Shown: positions 19,569 to 27,294 of the stretch, piece by piece
Layout of the letters: each line of letters starts with the position of its first letter
How positions within the stretch are numbered: position 1 is the first letter of the stretch
From: Clostridiales bacterium
Lineage (GTDB): Bacteria > Bacillota > Clostridia > Oscillospirales > UBA644
Reading direction: 5' to 3'
DNA length: 64,000 bases
Assembly (NCBI GenBank): GCA_003343705.1
Contig: QAKR01000043.1
Location: 25,237 to 89,236, forward strand
Program-made: the position numbers and the translations under genes
The notes under the pieces: generated by a model
What the model was told of the DNA's origin: nothing
The model's input: only the letters and a program-made list of their open reading frames with translations
Database searches by the model: none

Positions 19569-20462
19569 TTAGTGTTTGCAAGACTTTGCTATATGCGGCT
19601 TTTTAAATTGAGCATTCATTATACAAATCCCGCCTACAATAAATAAAATGCCCAAAGCAGTATTTATTGTAAAAGATTCGCCGAAAATAAAAACACTTAT
19701 TAATGTTGCTACAACAGGCTCTACGGTTGATATCATAGAGGCTTTACCGTTTTCTAAACCTATAAGGCCTTTTGTGTATAATATATACGGTAAAAGGCAG
19801 CTGACAATACCAAGCAAAGCCATATAAACAGAGGTTTTTACAGTAACAAGGGGGATCATCCCCGAAATGTCTGAAAAAGGTAAAATACCTATTGAAGCAA
19901 ATAAAAACGTATAGAATGCCACAGTAAATGGTTGATATCCCCTGTTTAGGGCAAAACGGCCGAAAATACTGTAAAGAGCATAAGCGAAACCGGAACCTAA
20001 CCCGAATAAAATACCTATAACCGAAATTGAGCCGGTGCTGCTTAAAAGACCGGTTACAAAAACGCAACCAGCAATCATTAAAACCATTGCAACACATTTT
20101 GCAATGGTAAGTTTCTCTTTAAATAAAAATGTAGAAAATACGACAACAAAGAGAGGGGCAGTGTATAAAAGTACTGCCGCTACAGAAAGCGTTGAATACT
20201 GCATAGACTGAAAATAACATATGTTAAAGAACAGTAAACTTAAAAATCCCGTTCCAAAAAAACACCATATATCTTTGAGTTTTATTTTAAAAAGATTTTT
20301 ATCTTTAAATAAAATAATAAAGAACATTCCAATTGCAGCAATCACAACACGAACGGCTACAAGTTGAAGTTGACCGAAACCCGCAGCTGTCAGAGTTTTT
20401 GCAAAAAGCCCTGTCATACCCCAACAAACAGCAGCCAAAACAACCTGCATATAACTTTTCAT
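19569..20462 (-). CDS. EamA/DMT family transporter
   Basis: About 10 TM helices in two EamA-like halves. 297 aa. Confidence 0.8.
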   Translation of the reverse strand: MKSYMQVVLAAVCWGMTGLFAKTLTAAGFGQLQLVAVRVVIAAIGMFFIILFKDKNLFKIKLKDIWCFFGTGFLSLLFFNICYFQSMQYSTLSVAAVLLYTAPLFVVVFSTFLFKEKLTIAKCVAMVLMIAGCVFVTGLLSSTGSISVIGILFGLGSGFAYALYSIFGRFALNRGYQPFTVAFYTFLFASIGILPFSDISGMIPLVTVKTSVYMALLGIVSCLLPYILYTKGLIGLENGKASMISTVEPVVATLISVFIFGESFTINTALGILFIVGGICIMNAQFKKPHIAKSCKH

Positions 20463-20510
20463 ATAAAATAAAGGACTCCCCTCGCCTTTTTAGGCTATAT
20501 AATATTTAAA

Positions 20511-21119
20511 TTATCTTTTTGTTCTTTTCTCGCCTTTAATCAGCGGCGAAAGATATTTATAACAAATAAATGTAATGGCAACACTTATCATACCCTTAAT
20601 AAAGGTAAAAGGCAGATTAAATATTAATAACGCAGACCATAAATCTGTTACCGACGGTAATATAGCTTTATACATGCCTAAAATTGCTTCCATAGGCATA
20701 AACAGCTTTGCATAAATGGGATAAACTATATAATAATTTGAAAAAACACTTATAACAGACATAGCAACGGCGCCTGTAAGAGATCCCCAAAAAGCCATGC
20801 CTCGTGTTTTTCTATGTTTATAAAACATTCCCGCTGTGAAAACAAATACAGAGCCTATAATAAAGTTGGAAAGCTCCCCTATCCCCATAGTACTTGATAA
20901 AAACAAATGCATAAGGTTTTTAATCAGACAGACTAAAATGCCCCACCAAGGGCCGATTGAAAATGATGCTAATAATGCCGGAAGCTCTGAAAAATCAAGC
21001 TTAATAAAGCTTGGAATAATAGGAATAGCAAATTCCAAAACCATTAAAATAAACCCGATTGCTCCGAAAAGTGCCGCGATAACCATTTTACGAATAAGAT
21101 TTTTACGCTTTTGTTGCAT
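20511..21119 (-). CDS. ribU: ECF transporter S component, riboflavin-specific (RibU-like)
   Basis: Six-TM ECF-S-like protein directly downstream of an FMN riboswitch. The start is moved to the ATG at 21119 (RBS aaggag 8 nt upstream), because the ORF-track start at 21176 lies inside the riboswitch terminator. Confidence 0.8.
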   Translation of the reverse strand: MQQKRKNLIRKMVIAALFGAIGFILMVLEFAIPIIPSFIKLDFSELPALLASFSIGPWWGILVCLIKNLMHLFLSSTMGIGELSNFIIGSVFVFTAGMFYKHRKTRGMAFWGSLTGAVAMSVISVFSNYYIVYPIYAKLFMPMEAILGMYKAILPSVTDLWSALLIFNLPFTFIKGMISVAITFICYKYLSPLIKGEKRTKR

Positions 21120-21156
21120 TGAAAAACAACTCCTTAAATATTTTTGCAATGCAATT

Positions 21157-21182
21157 GAAAAACCCTCTGCATACACAGAGGG
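21157..21182 (-). terminator. expression-platform terminator of the FMN riboswitch
   Basis: On the minus strand, CCCUCUG-UGUAUG-CAGAGGG is followed by UUUUU. Confidence 0.7.
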
Positions 21183-21204
21183 ATAAAGTCATCAAAAAGA
21201 TGAC

Positions 21205-21358
21205 AAAGCTTTTTTCATCCGGACTCTCAACAGTGATTATACACTGTTACCGTCGGTACGAGAATTTCACCCGTTCGGCTTAAAAAGCAGATAAAGCATT
21301 TTTAAGTTCGTGGACTATAACCACCGGTAAGGAATTACACCTAACCCCAAAGCATTGC
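21205..21358 (-). promoter_or_regulatory. FMN riboswitch (RFN element) aptamer
   Basis: The minus strand reads GGGGUUAGGUGUAAUUCCUUACCGGUGGUUAUAGUCCACGA ... GGGUGAAAUUCUCGUACCGACGGUAACAGU ... AGUCCGGAUGAAAAAAG. This matches the conserved RFN core blocks. Confidence 0.85.
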
Positions 21359-21366
21359 TTATTAAC

Positions 21367-21395
21367 AGTATATAACGACTTTTTAAATTTGTCAA
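21367..21395 (-). promoter_or_regulatory. promoter of the FMN riboswitch-ribU unit
   Basis: Minus strand: TTGACA (21390-21395), 17 nt spacer, TATACT (21367-21372). Confidence 0.6.
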
Positions 21396-21535
21396 TACAT
21401 TTCATAAAAAGTTGCACAATATACTCTTTACAAATATTCTATGGTTTGTTATAATGATATATAATACAATTAGCAACTACTAAATAAACTGGTTGTTTCA
21501 GTTTATTCGTATAGATTAAATAATGAGGGATAAAA

Positions 21536-22603
21536 ATGCTTGATAAATTAAAAAGTATTTCAGACAGATATGATGAAATAAACGAAAAGCTTTCCGACCC
21601 CGGCATAATGTCGGATCTTTCTCAATACAAAGCATTGATGAAAGAAAATAAAAACCTAGCACCTATTGTTGAAAAGTATAACGAATATAAAAAAGCTGTG
21701 GAAACAATAGATGAAGCAAAAGAGCTTTTAGATCTTCCTCAGGATAAAGACTTTAAAGAGATGCTTGAAGCGGAGCTTTCCGAAAACAAACAGGCTCTTG
21801 AAAAGTTAGAAGAAGAGATTAAAATACTGCTTCTGCCTAAAGACCCCAATGATGACCGCAGTGTTATTGTTGAAATACGTGGTGGAGCCGGAGGCGAAGA
21901 AGCCGCACTTTTTGCAAACTCGCTTTACAGGATGTATTCAATGTATGCTGAAACAAAAGGTTTTAAAACAGAAGTTCTATCTATTAATGAAACAGAGCTT
22001 GGCGGAATAAAGGAAATATCTTTTTCAATTGACGGAGAAGGCGCTTACAGTCGTTTGAAATTTGAAAGCGGCGTTCACCGTGTTCAGCGTGTACCGGAGA
22101 CAGAAAGCCAGGGTCGAATACACACCTCAACAGTAACGGTTGCAGTTCTTCCGGAAGTTGATGAAGTTGAATTTGAAATTAATCCTACCGATTTAATAAT
22201 TGAAACACATCGCTCTGCAGGCGCAGGCGGCCAGCACGTTAACAAAACAGAATCTGCCATTCGTATTATTCATGTCCCGACAAACACTATTGTAGACTGC
22301 CAGGATGAACGTAGCCAACATAAAAACAAAGAAAAAGCTATGAAAATTCTGCGTTCCCGAATTTACGAAAACATGCTTGAAGAACAGGCAAAAGAAATTT
22401 CAGCAGAGCGTCGTAGCCAGGTAGGAACAGGAGACCGCAGCGAACGTATACGAACATATAATTTTCCTCAAGGTCGTGTCACAGACCATCGCATAGGTCT
22501 TACTCTTTATAAAATTCTTCAAATTATGGACGGAGACCTTGATGAAATTATAGACGCACTTGTCACAACAGATCAAGCTCGAAAACTTTCATCAGGACAA
22601 TAA
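21536..22603 (+). CDS. prfA: peptide chain release factor 1
   Basis: GGQ motif ([10 protein letters not shown]). [17 protein letters not shown] is an RF1-type tripeptide region. 355 aa. Confidence 0.95.
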   Translation: MLDKLKSISDRYDEINEKLSDPGIMSDLSQYKALMKENKNLAPIVEKYNEYKKAVETIDEAKELLDLPQDKDFKEMLEAELSENKQALEKLEEEIKILLLPKDPNDDRSVIVEIRGGAGGEEAALFANSLYRMYSMYAETKGFKTEVLSINETELGGIKEISFSIDGEGAYSRLKFESGVHRVQRVPETESQGRIHTSTVTVAVLPEVDEVEFEINPTDLIIETHRSAGAGGQHVNKTESAIRIIHVPTNTIVDCQDERSQHKNKEKAMKILRSRIYENMLEEQAKEISAERRSQVGTGDRSERIRTYNFPQGRVTDHRIGLTLYKILQIMDGDLDEIIDALVTTDQARKLSSGQ

Positions 22604-22629
22604 ATCTGGCTATAAAAGGAATAATAAAA

Positions 22630-23499
22630 ATGGATGAAACCAATGTAACAATTATAGAATCTACTGCTGAACAAATAAAAACCGAAAAAAAGCATTTGCC
22701 GCCAATAGCTAAAGAAATATTAAAATACTTCTTTACATTTTTACTCATAGGTGCACTATTCACGGCAGTAACGGCTATTTTCCCTATTTTTCCGTTTCAA
22801 CTTCAAACCGCTAAAGAGATAAACCCGCTTAAATTCGGTGTTCCGTTCGGATTTGTTGAAATGACACCAGACAAAACTACGCTTGATTCTTTTGCTGACA
22901 GTAAAGGCATATCATGGTCGTTTTTTTTGCCGCGATATGACATTTATGAATTTCAAATAATATGGTGGAAAGCCGTTTTAAATATAATAATTGCAGGAGC
23001 GTTTTTTGCGCTTATATATTTCTTTTTTGTTTATTTTAATAAAATTGCAAAAAAAGTTTTGTTATTCACTTTAATTGGTTTTATTATATCGGCTGCTTCT
23101 TCTTTTTTACCTAAAAAATTCAACGTAGATGAGATAAATCCGATGCACTTCGGGGGAGTTGTCCCATTTGTTGAACAAACGCCAGATATGGGAACAATAA
23201 GCACAGTGCCGGACATTGAAGAATGGCTTCCTCAAACGTATCTTGCACCCAAATTTACATCAGCCTATACTACACGAATTGTTATTTGGAAGCTTGCGCT
23301 TTCAAGCGTTATCAACGGGCTTATATTCGCCGCTTTATGGTATTCATTGCGGTGGTTTAAATATTATCTGTTTGGGGGTAAAGAAGTAGCAAATCAAAAA
23401 TTCAAAGAAGAGAAGCTGAAATTGCTTGCGCAAGCCCCAAAAAGTTCAACTTTACATTTAAAAAACTTAGACGACCCCCTTGACAAATTAAAAAAATAG
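22630..23499 (+). CDS. membrane protein of unknown function with an internal tandem duplication
   Basis: Two collinear halves. Each has a TM helix, then EINP(L/M)xFG..PF(G)FVE(M/Q)TPD, then a W(W)K-containing TM helix. Basic C-terminal tail. Confidence 0.6.
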   Translation: MDETNVTIIESTAEQIKTEKKHLPPIAKEILKYFFTFLLIGALFTAVTAIFPIFPFQLQTAKEINPLKFGVPFGFVEMTPDKTTLDSFADSKGISWSFFLPRYDIYEFQIIWWKAVLNIIIAGAFFALIYFFFVYFNKIAKKVLLFTLIGFIISAASSFLPKKFNVDEINPMHFGGVVPFVEQTPDMGTISTVPDIEEWLPQTYLAPKFTSAYTTRIVIWKLALSSVINGLIFAALWYSLRWFKYYLFGGKEVANQKFKEEKLKLLAQAPKSSTLHLKNLDDPLDKLKK

Positions 23500-23507
23500 T
23501 GTATAAT
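23480..23507 (+). promoter_or_regulatory. promoter of tRNA-Gln, embedded in the 3' end of the upstream CDS
   Basis: TTGACA (23480-23485), 16 nt spacer, TATAAT (23502-23507). The tRNA starts about 30 nt downstream. Confidence 0.6.
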
Positions 23508-23537
23508 ATTATAGGCGATTAATTTCATCGCCTTTAT

Positions 23538-23611
23538 TGCGGAATTGTGTAACGGTAGCACGGCAGACTCTGACTCTGTTTGTCTGGGTTCGAATCCTAG
23601 TTCCGCAGCCA
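23538..23611 (+). tRNA. tRNA-Gln (anticodon CUG)
   Basis: Hand-folded cloverleaf. Acceptor TGCGGAA/TTCCGCA with U1-A72, anticodon loop CU-CUG-AC, T-loop GGTTCGAATCC, encoded CCA. 74 nt. Confidence 0.9.
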
Positions 23612-23620
23612 ACATAAAAA

Positions 23621-23652
23621 ACCTTAAAATCGTTATGATTTTAAGGTTTTTT
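23621..23652 (+). terminator. intrinsic terminator after tRNA-Gln
   Basis: accttaaaatc / gattttaaggt form an 11-bp stem followed by TTTTT. Confidence 0.75.
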
Positions 23653-23784
23653 ATGTTTTTTTCTAGATTTTATAAAAGAAGATGTATTTCATTAAAAAAC
23701 AAAAGTATATTTTTTATAGAATCACTTGAATTTTTTTCACTATCATAGTATAATAAAAAAAGATTTTTGAAAGCAGGGTTTAAT

Positions 23785-25206
23785 ATGAAAGAGTTTTTTG
23801 CAACTGAAGATATAAATGCATCAGCCGTTAATGAGTTTTTTAACGACAGTTTGAAAAAAGATAACCATATACATGCAATGTCTGTGTATATAGGCGGTGA
23901 AAAAAAGTTGGAATTCGCTGCTGAACCGTATTCGCTTTATGATAAAAGAGAAATATATTCTCTTTCAAAAAGCTTTACATCAGCGGCTATTGGGGCTGCT
24001 TGGGATGAGGGATTTATAAACCTTGAAGAAAAGCTTATTGATATTTTCCCGGATAAGCTACCTAAAAATATCAGCGATAACTTATCTAAAATGACTGTTT
24101 GGCATTGCCTTACAATGACAACCGGGCATGAAGAGTGTGTGATGAAAAGTTTATTTAATTCATCCGACCCAGCAAGGGATTTTCTCGCAAATGAAGTACA
24201 ATATGAGCCCGGGACACATTTTTTATACAACACGGGTGCATCCTGTATGCTGGGTGTTATTCTTGAAAAGAAAACAGGACGTAAGCTGTTTGATTATACC
24301 TCGGAGAAAATACTGGAACCTCTCGGCATAAATGAAAGCTACTGGACAGAGTGTGCATCGGGCGTAAATGAAGGCGGTATAGGGCTGCATATAAGCTGCG
24401 ACGATATTTCTAAATTCGGACTTATGCTGGCAAATAAAGGTGTTTACAAAGGCAAACAAATCCTTTCCAAAGAATGGATTGAAATGGCCGGAGCTGCACA
24501 AGTTGACAATAAATTAAATGGGGATAGCGGAACAGGAAACTGGACAAGCGGTTATGGTTTTCAATTCTGGCGCACAGCAAAAGACGGGTACCGAGGTGAC
24601 GGGTTGAAAGGGCAGCTTTGTATGATAATGCCGAAAAACAACGCCGTCGTTAATATTGTGGCTTGCACAAAAGATATGGAAAGCGAAATTGCAGATGCAG
24701 TAACACTTGTAGAGAACATTATTGGCAACAGCATTCAGACACTAAACATTCCGGACTACCCACCGCTATCGTTAGATAATGAAAGTCTGCCGGATTACGT
24801 AGGGAAAACTATCATCACTGATAAAACACCTACAAAAATAACTTCACTAAGAATAGATAAAACTGAAGGCGGCATTGCAATAAATCTTTATAACGGGCAT
24901 GATAAACAAATACTTTTTGCAGGCGACGGCAAATGGGAAGAAAGCAGTCTTTATATGCCGGCAACAGCCCCTAAAATAACCATGTTTATGAATCCGTACA
25001 TCTCTGAAAAGGTTCGAACAGCAGCCTCCTTTACATTTAAAAATGGCAAACTTATTATAAAAGTTAAGCATCTTTCAAATCCTCATACTGTTTATATTAC
25101 CGTTACACAAAATAAAAACAAGCTGACAGCCCATTTTGAAACGGAATGGATGCCGGATATGCTTCCTAATGATGCAAGAACATTAACGGCAACTATTATT
25201 GAGTGA
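23785..25206 (+). CDS. serine hydrolase, beta-lactamase-related (class C/PBP4*-like) with a C-terminal extra domain
   Basis: SLSKSF (SxxK) active-site motif near the N-terminus, and YNTG (YxN-like). I prefer the ATG at 23785 over the TTG at 23767. Confidence 0.75.
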   Translation: MKEFFATEDINASAVNEFFNDSLKKDNHIHAMSVYIGGEKKLEFAAEPYSLYDKREIYSLSKSFTSAAIGAAWDEGFINLEEKLIDIFPDKLPKNISDNLSKMTVWHCLTMTTGHEECVMKSLFNSSDPARDFLANEVQYEPGTHFLYNTGASCMLGVILEKKTGRKLFDYTSEKILEPLGINESYWTECASGVNEGGIGLHISCDDISKFGLMLANKGVYKGKQILSKEWIEMAGAAQVDNKLNGDSGTGNWTSGYGFQFWRTAKDGYRGDGLKGQLCMIMPKNNAVVNIVACTKDMESEIADAVTLVENIIGNSIQTLNIPDYPPLSLDNESLPDYVGKTIITDKTPTKITSLRIDKTEGGIAINLYNGHDKQILFAGDGKWEESSLYMPATAPKITMFMNPYISEKVRTAASFTFKNGKLIIKVKHLSNPHTVYITVTQNKNKLTAHFETEWMPDMLPNDARTLTATIIE

Positions 25207-25253
25207 TAAGCTTTATTTTAAATATAAAAACAGATGTACAATATTTACCAACG

Positions 25254-25285
25254 GCGCGATGTAAGTATCGCGCTTTACTTTTTAA
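25254..25285 (+). terminator. intrinsic terminator after the serine hydrolase gene
   Basis: gcgcgat / atcgcgc stem followed by a T-rich tract. Confidence 0.6.
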
Positions 25286-25337
25286 CGAGTTTTTAATACC
25301 TCTTAGCAGTGAAATCATACCTGATGATTAAAAATCA

Positions 25338-25366
25338 TTTACAAACATAAAACTTTATACTATAAT
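25338..25366 (+). promoter_or_regulatory. promoter of the LytTR / LiaF-like operon
   Basis: TTTACA (25338-25343), 17 nt spacer, TATAAT (25361-25366). A small inverted repeat, atgatt-aaa-aatcat, overlaps the -35. Confidence 0.55.
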
Positions 25367-25390
25367 AGTATTAATAAAGGTGGTGTTTGA

Positions 25391-25849
25391 GTGAAGGTTC
25401 GGGTTGAACTTATAGATGACGGATCGGAAGATGAGATAATCATCCGCTGTGGCCGCGTGGATGATACTGTTCATAAAATTCATCAGTACATAAAAGATCT
25501 GTCTGAACAAAATCTTCAGATAGATTTGTATAAGGATAATGAAGAATTTTATTTTTCAGTTGAAGATATTTTATTTTTTGAAACTGAACAAGAGTCTGTT
25601 TACGCACACACAATACAAGACTCTTACTTAATAAAACATCGATTGTATGAATTAGAAAAAATGCTGCCGGGATATTTTATCAGATCATCAAAATCAACTA
25701 TTATAAACAGTAAACAAGTCTATTCAATCACCAGAAACCTCACCGCGTCAAGCCTTGTAACCTTTAAAAACACCCACAAACGCGTTTATGTATCACGTAA
25801 TTATTACAGCCAGCTTCGCCAGCTTCTAAGAAAGGAATATATAAAATGA
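25391..25849 (+). CDS. LytTR-domain DNA-binding protein (no receiver domain)
   Basis: ILFFETEQESVYAHT...HRLYELEKMLP..FIRSSKSTIIN is a LytTR signature. GTG start with RBS aaaggtgg. Confidence 0.8.
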   Translation: MKVRVELIDDGSEDEIIIRCGRVDDTVHKIHQYIKDLSEQNLQIDLYKDNEEFYFSVEDILFFETEQESVYAHTIQDSYLIKHRLYELEKMLPGYFIRSSKSTIINSKQVYSITRNLTASSLVTFKNTHKRVYVSRNYYSQLRQLLRKEYIK

Positions 25850-26550
25850 GAAACACTAAATGGCTCTGGGCAACGTTTTCAATCTTATCCGCAGTCTTTA
25901 TAATAGCCAGCCAAGTAACAGATTTTGTAAACATAGGTTTTTGGAGCATCCTCGGAACGATTCTTCTGTCAGCGGTGCTGATACAAAGTATAATTCATCG
26001 CAACTTCTTCGGTATTTTTATCCCTCTTGCACTAGGTTATAAAATTTATTGTCAACCTCTGAACTTGCTGGATATATCTGTTTGGATTCTTTTATCTGCT
26101 GCAGTTTTATTAGCAATAGGCTTTAGCTTTATCTTTAAAAGCCGCCCGCCTAAATTAAAATATAAGTTTGATAAGTGCGAACATTTTAACGAAACTGTAT
26201 ATAATGCAGACGACAACAACCCTTACGCAAAAGTTAATTTCGGAGCATCTACAAAATATCTTCATTCAACATCATTACAAGCAGGTCAATTCTATACCTC
26301 ATTCGGTTCTATGGAAGTATACTTAGATCAAGCTCAGCTAAGCCCGGAGGGTGCTGAAATTTATGTAGACTGCAAATTCGGAGCTATTGAACTTTACGTT
26401 CCTTCAAGGTGGAATGTTAAAAATAAAGTTCACGTCAGTATGGGTGCGGCAGATATTCCTGAACATCGTACCGCTTCAGACCCGTCTTCACCTGTTCTTA
26501 TTATTTCAGGAAATGTGTCTTTCGGAGCAGTTGAAGTTAATTATATTTAA
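25846..26550 (+). CDS. membrane protein with LiaF-like (DUF2154-type) C-terminal domain
   Basis: Four N-terminal TM helices plus a C-terminal beta-rich domain (FGAIELYVP...GNVSFGAVEV). Its start overlaps the LytTR stop. Confidence 0.6.
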   Translation: MRNTKWLWATFSILSAVFIIASQVTDFVNIGFWSILGTILLSAVLIQSIIHRNFFGIFIPLALGYKIYCQPLNLLDISVWILLSAAVLLAIGFSFIFKSRPPKLKYKFDKCEHFNETVYNADDNNPYAKVNFGASTKYLHSTSLQAGQFYTSFGSMEVYLDQAQLSPEGAEIYVDCKFGAIELYVPSRWNVKNKVHVSMGAADIPEHRTASDPSSPVLIISGNVSFGAVEVNYI

Positions 26551-26606
26551 CTCTTATAAAATGTGTACAAATTAATAAACATCAACAAATTATCTATTTA
26601 ATAATG

Positions 26607-26645
26607 AAAACGGTCAGCCCGAATAATAGGCTGACCGTTATTTTA
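26607..26645. terminator. bidirectional terminator between convergent genes
   Basis: aacggtcagcc / ggctgaccgtt form an 11-bp stem flanked by A4 and T4. Confidence 0.75.
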
Positions 26646-26656
26646 TTTATATATTT

Positions 26657-26947
26657 TTATTGATCTCCAGCGTCGGCTATAGCAATATCAATCCATGCGC
26701 TGGCAATGTCCAGTGCCTGGTAAAGCCCGTTTTTAGTAGTGAATTTTATAACTTCTTTACTTCTTTGCGGATCTGTATACATAAGCTGTACGTCAATTTT
26801 CGTTGCAACAGGAAGTTCCTTAACCTTTTTCTGGTCGGATATGGAGAGTAATGTATAATATCTATCGGACATATTTCCGTAAAATATCAAGTTTCCAGTT
26901 CGGACAAGATTCCGGCCACGGAACGTGATAAATTTATTTTCACCCAT
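26657..26947 (-). CDS. hypothetical small acidic protein (about 96 aa)
   Basis: I prefer the ATG at 26947 (RBS aaggtga). The longer ORF-track start at 27007 lies upstream of the predicted promoter -10. No recognisable motif. Confidence 0.5.
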   Translation of the reverse strand: MGENKFITFRGRNLVRTGNLIFYGNMSDRYYTLLSISDQKKVKELPVATKIDVQLMYTDPQRSKEVIKFTTKNGLYQALDIASAWIDIAIADAGDQ

Positions 26948-26978
26948 TCGTGTCACCTTTTTCTTATTTGATAAATAA

Positions 26979-27007
26979 AGTATACCATTAAATTGGAGAA
27001 ATGTCAA
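26979..27007 (-). promoter_or_regulatory. promoter of the 26657-26947 gene
   Basis: Minus strand: TTGACA (27002-27007), 17 nt spacer, TATACT (26979-26984). Confidence 0.6.
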
Positions 27008-27016
27008 GGGTTCCCC

Positions 27017-27045
27017 TTGACATTTCGATTTGTTTTTGGTATTAT
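27017..27045 (+). promoter_or_regulatory. plus-strand promoter facing rhaA
   Basis: TTGACA (27017-27022), 17 nt spacer, TATTAT (27040-27045). Its -35 is the right arm of the palindrome at 27001-27023. Confidence 0.5.
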
Positions 27046-27054
27046 TAATATAGG

Positions 27055-27237
27055 TTATTTTTGCATATATTGCCCGGCAGCCGCTTTTATTCTTTTAATG
27101 GTTTTCATCATCGCATCCATTTTTTTTCTGTCACATACAAAAAATGTAGCTGATGCAACACCAATGCCGGCAACCATTCCTACAACCATACCGGGCACAA
27201 ATCTCTTTTTTTCTCTTCTAAACAGCACAGTTATCAC
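27055..27237 (-). CDS. possible small membrane protein (glycine-zipper TM plus amphipathic tail)
   Basis: GMVVGMVAGIGVASA TM segment. GTG start with a poor RBS. A plus-strand ORF and the predicted rhaA leader overlap it, so the coding strand is unresolved. Confidence 0.3.
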   Translation of the reverse strand: MITVLFRREKKRFVPGMVVGMVAGIGVASATFFVCDRKKMDAMMKTIKRIKAAAGQYMQK

Positions 27238-27294
27238 CTCGGTTTTATTATGCGCTGAAAATTTAAATTTATAATATAAGGAAGGATAAATATT

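Noticed and set aside
19744-20097. Nested and antisense ORFs of 60-170 aa inside long genes (for example 19744-20097, 39806-40312, 46450-46902, 47445-47852, 9818-10213)
   Set aside because: They are shadow ORFs within strongly supported CDSs. They have biased or low-complexity composition and no RBS or motifs.
20511-21176. N-terminally extended ORF-track starts: ribU 21176, gmk 38148, priA 38925, prkC 45155, tarJ 51880, ypeB 13295, small gene 27007, XRE 36290
   Set aside because: In each case an internal start has a proper SD at 5-9 nt and/or overlaps the upstream stop. The extension overlaps a terminator, a promoter or the upstream CDS.
21482-21507. 9-bp stem-loop in the prfA leader (aataaactg / cagtttatt)
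   Set aside because: It is short and AT-rich, has no U-tract and matches no known regulatory element for prfA. It is probably incidental.
23545-23748. 67-aa ORF overlapping tRNA-Gln and its terminator
   Set aside because: It lies on top of a well-folded tRNA and a terminator hairpin and has no RBS, so it is spurious.
26993-27274. 93-aa plus-strand ORF overlapping the small minus-strand ORF
   Set aside because: Its ATG lies upstream of the predicted plus-strand TSS and inside the divergent promoter palindrome, and the sequence is low-complexity hydrophobic. It is kept only as an alternative in the finding on the rhaA leader.
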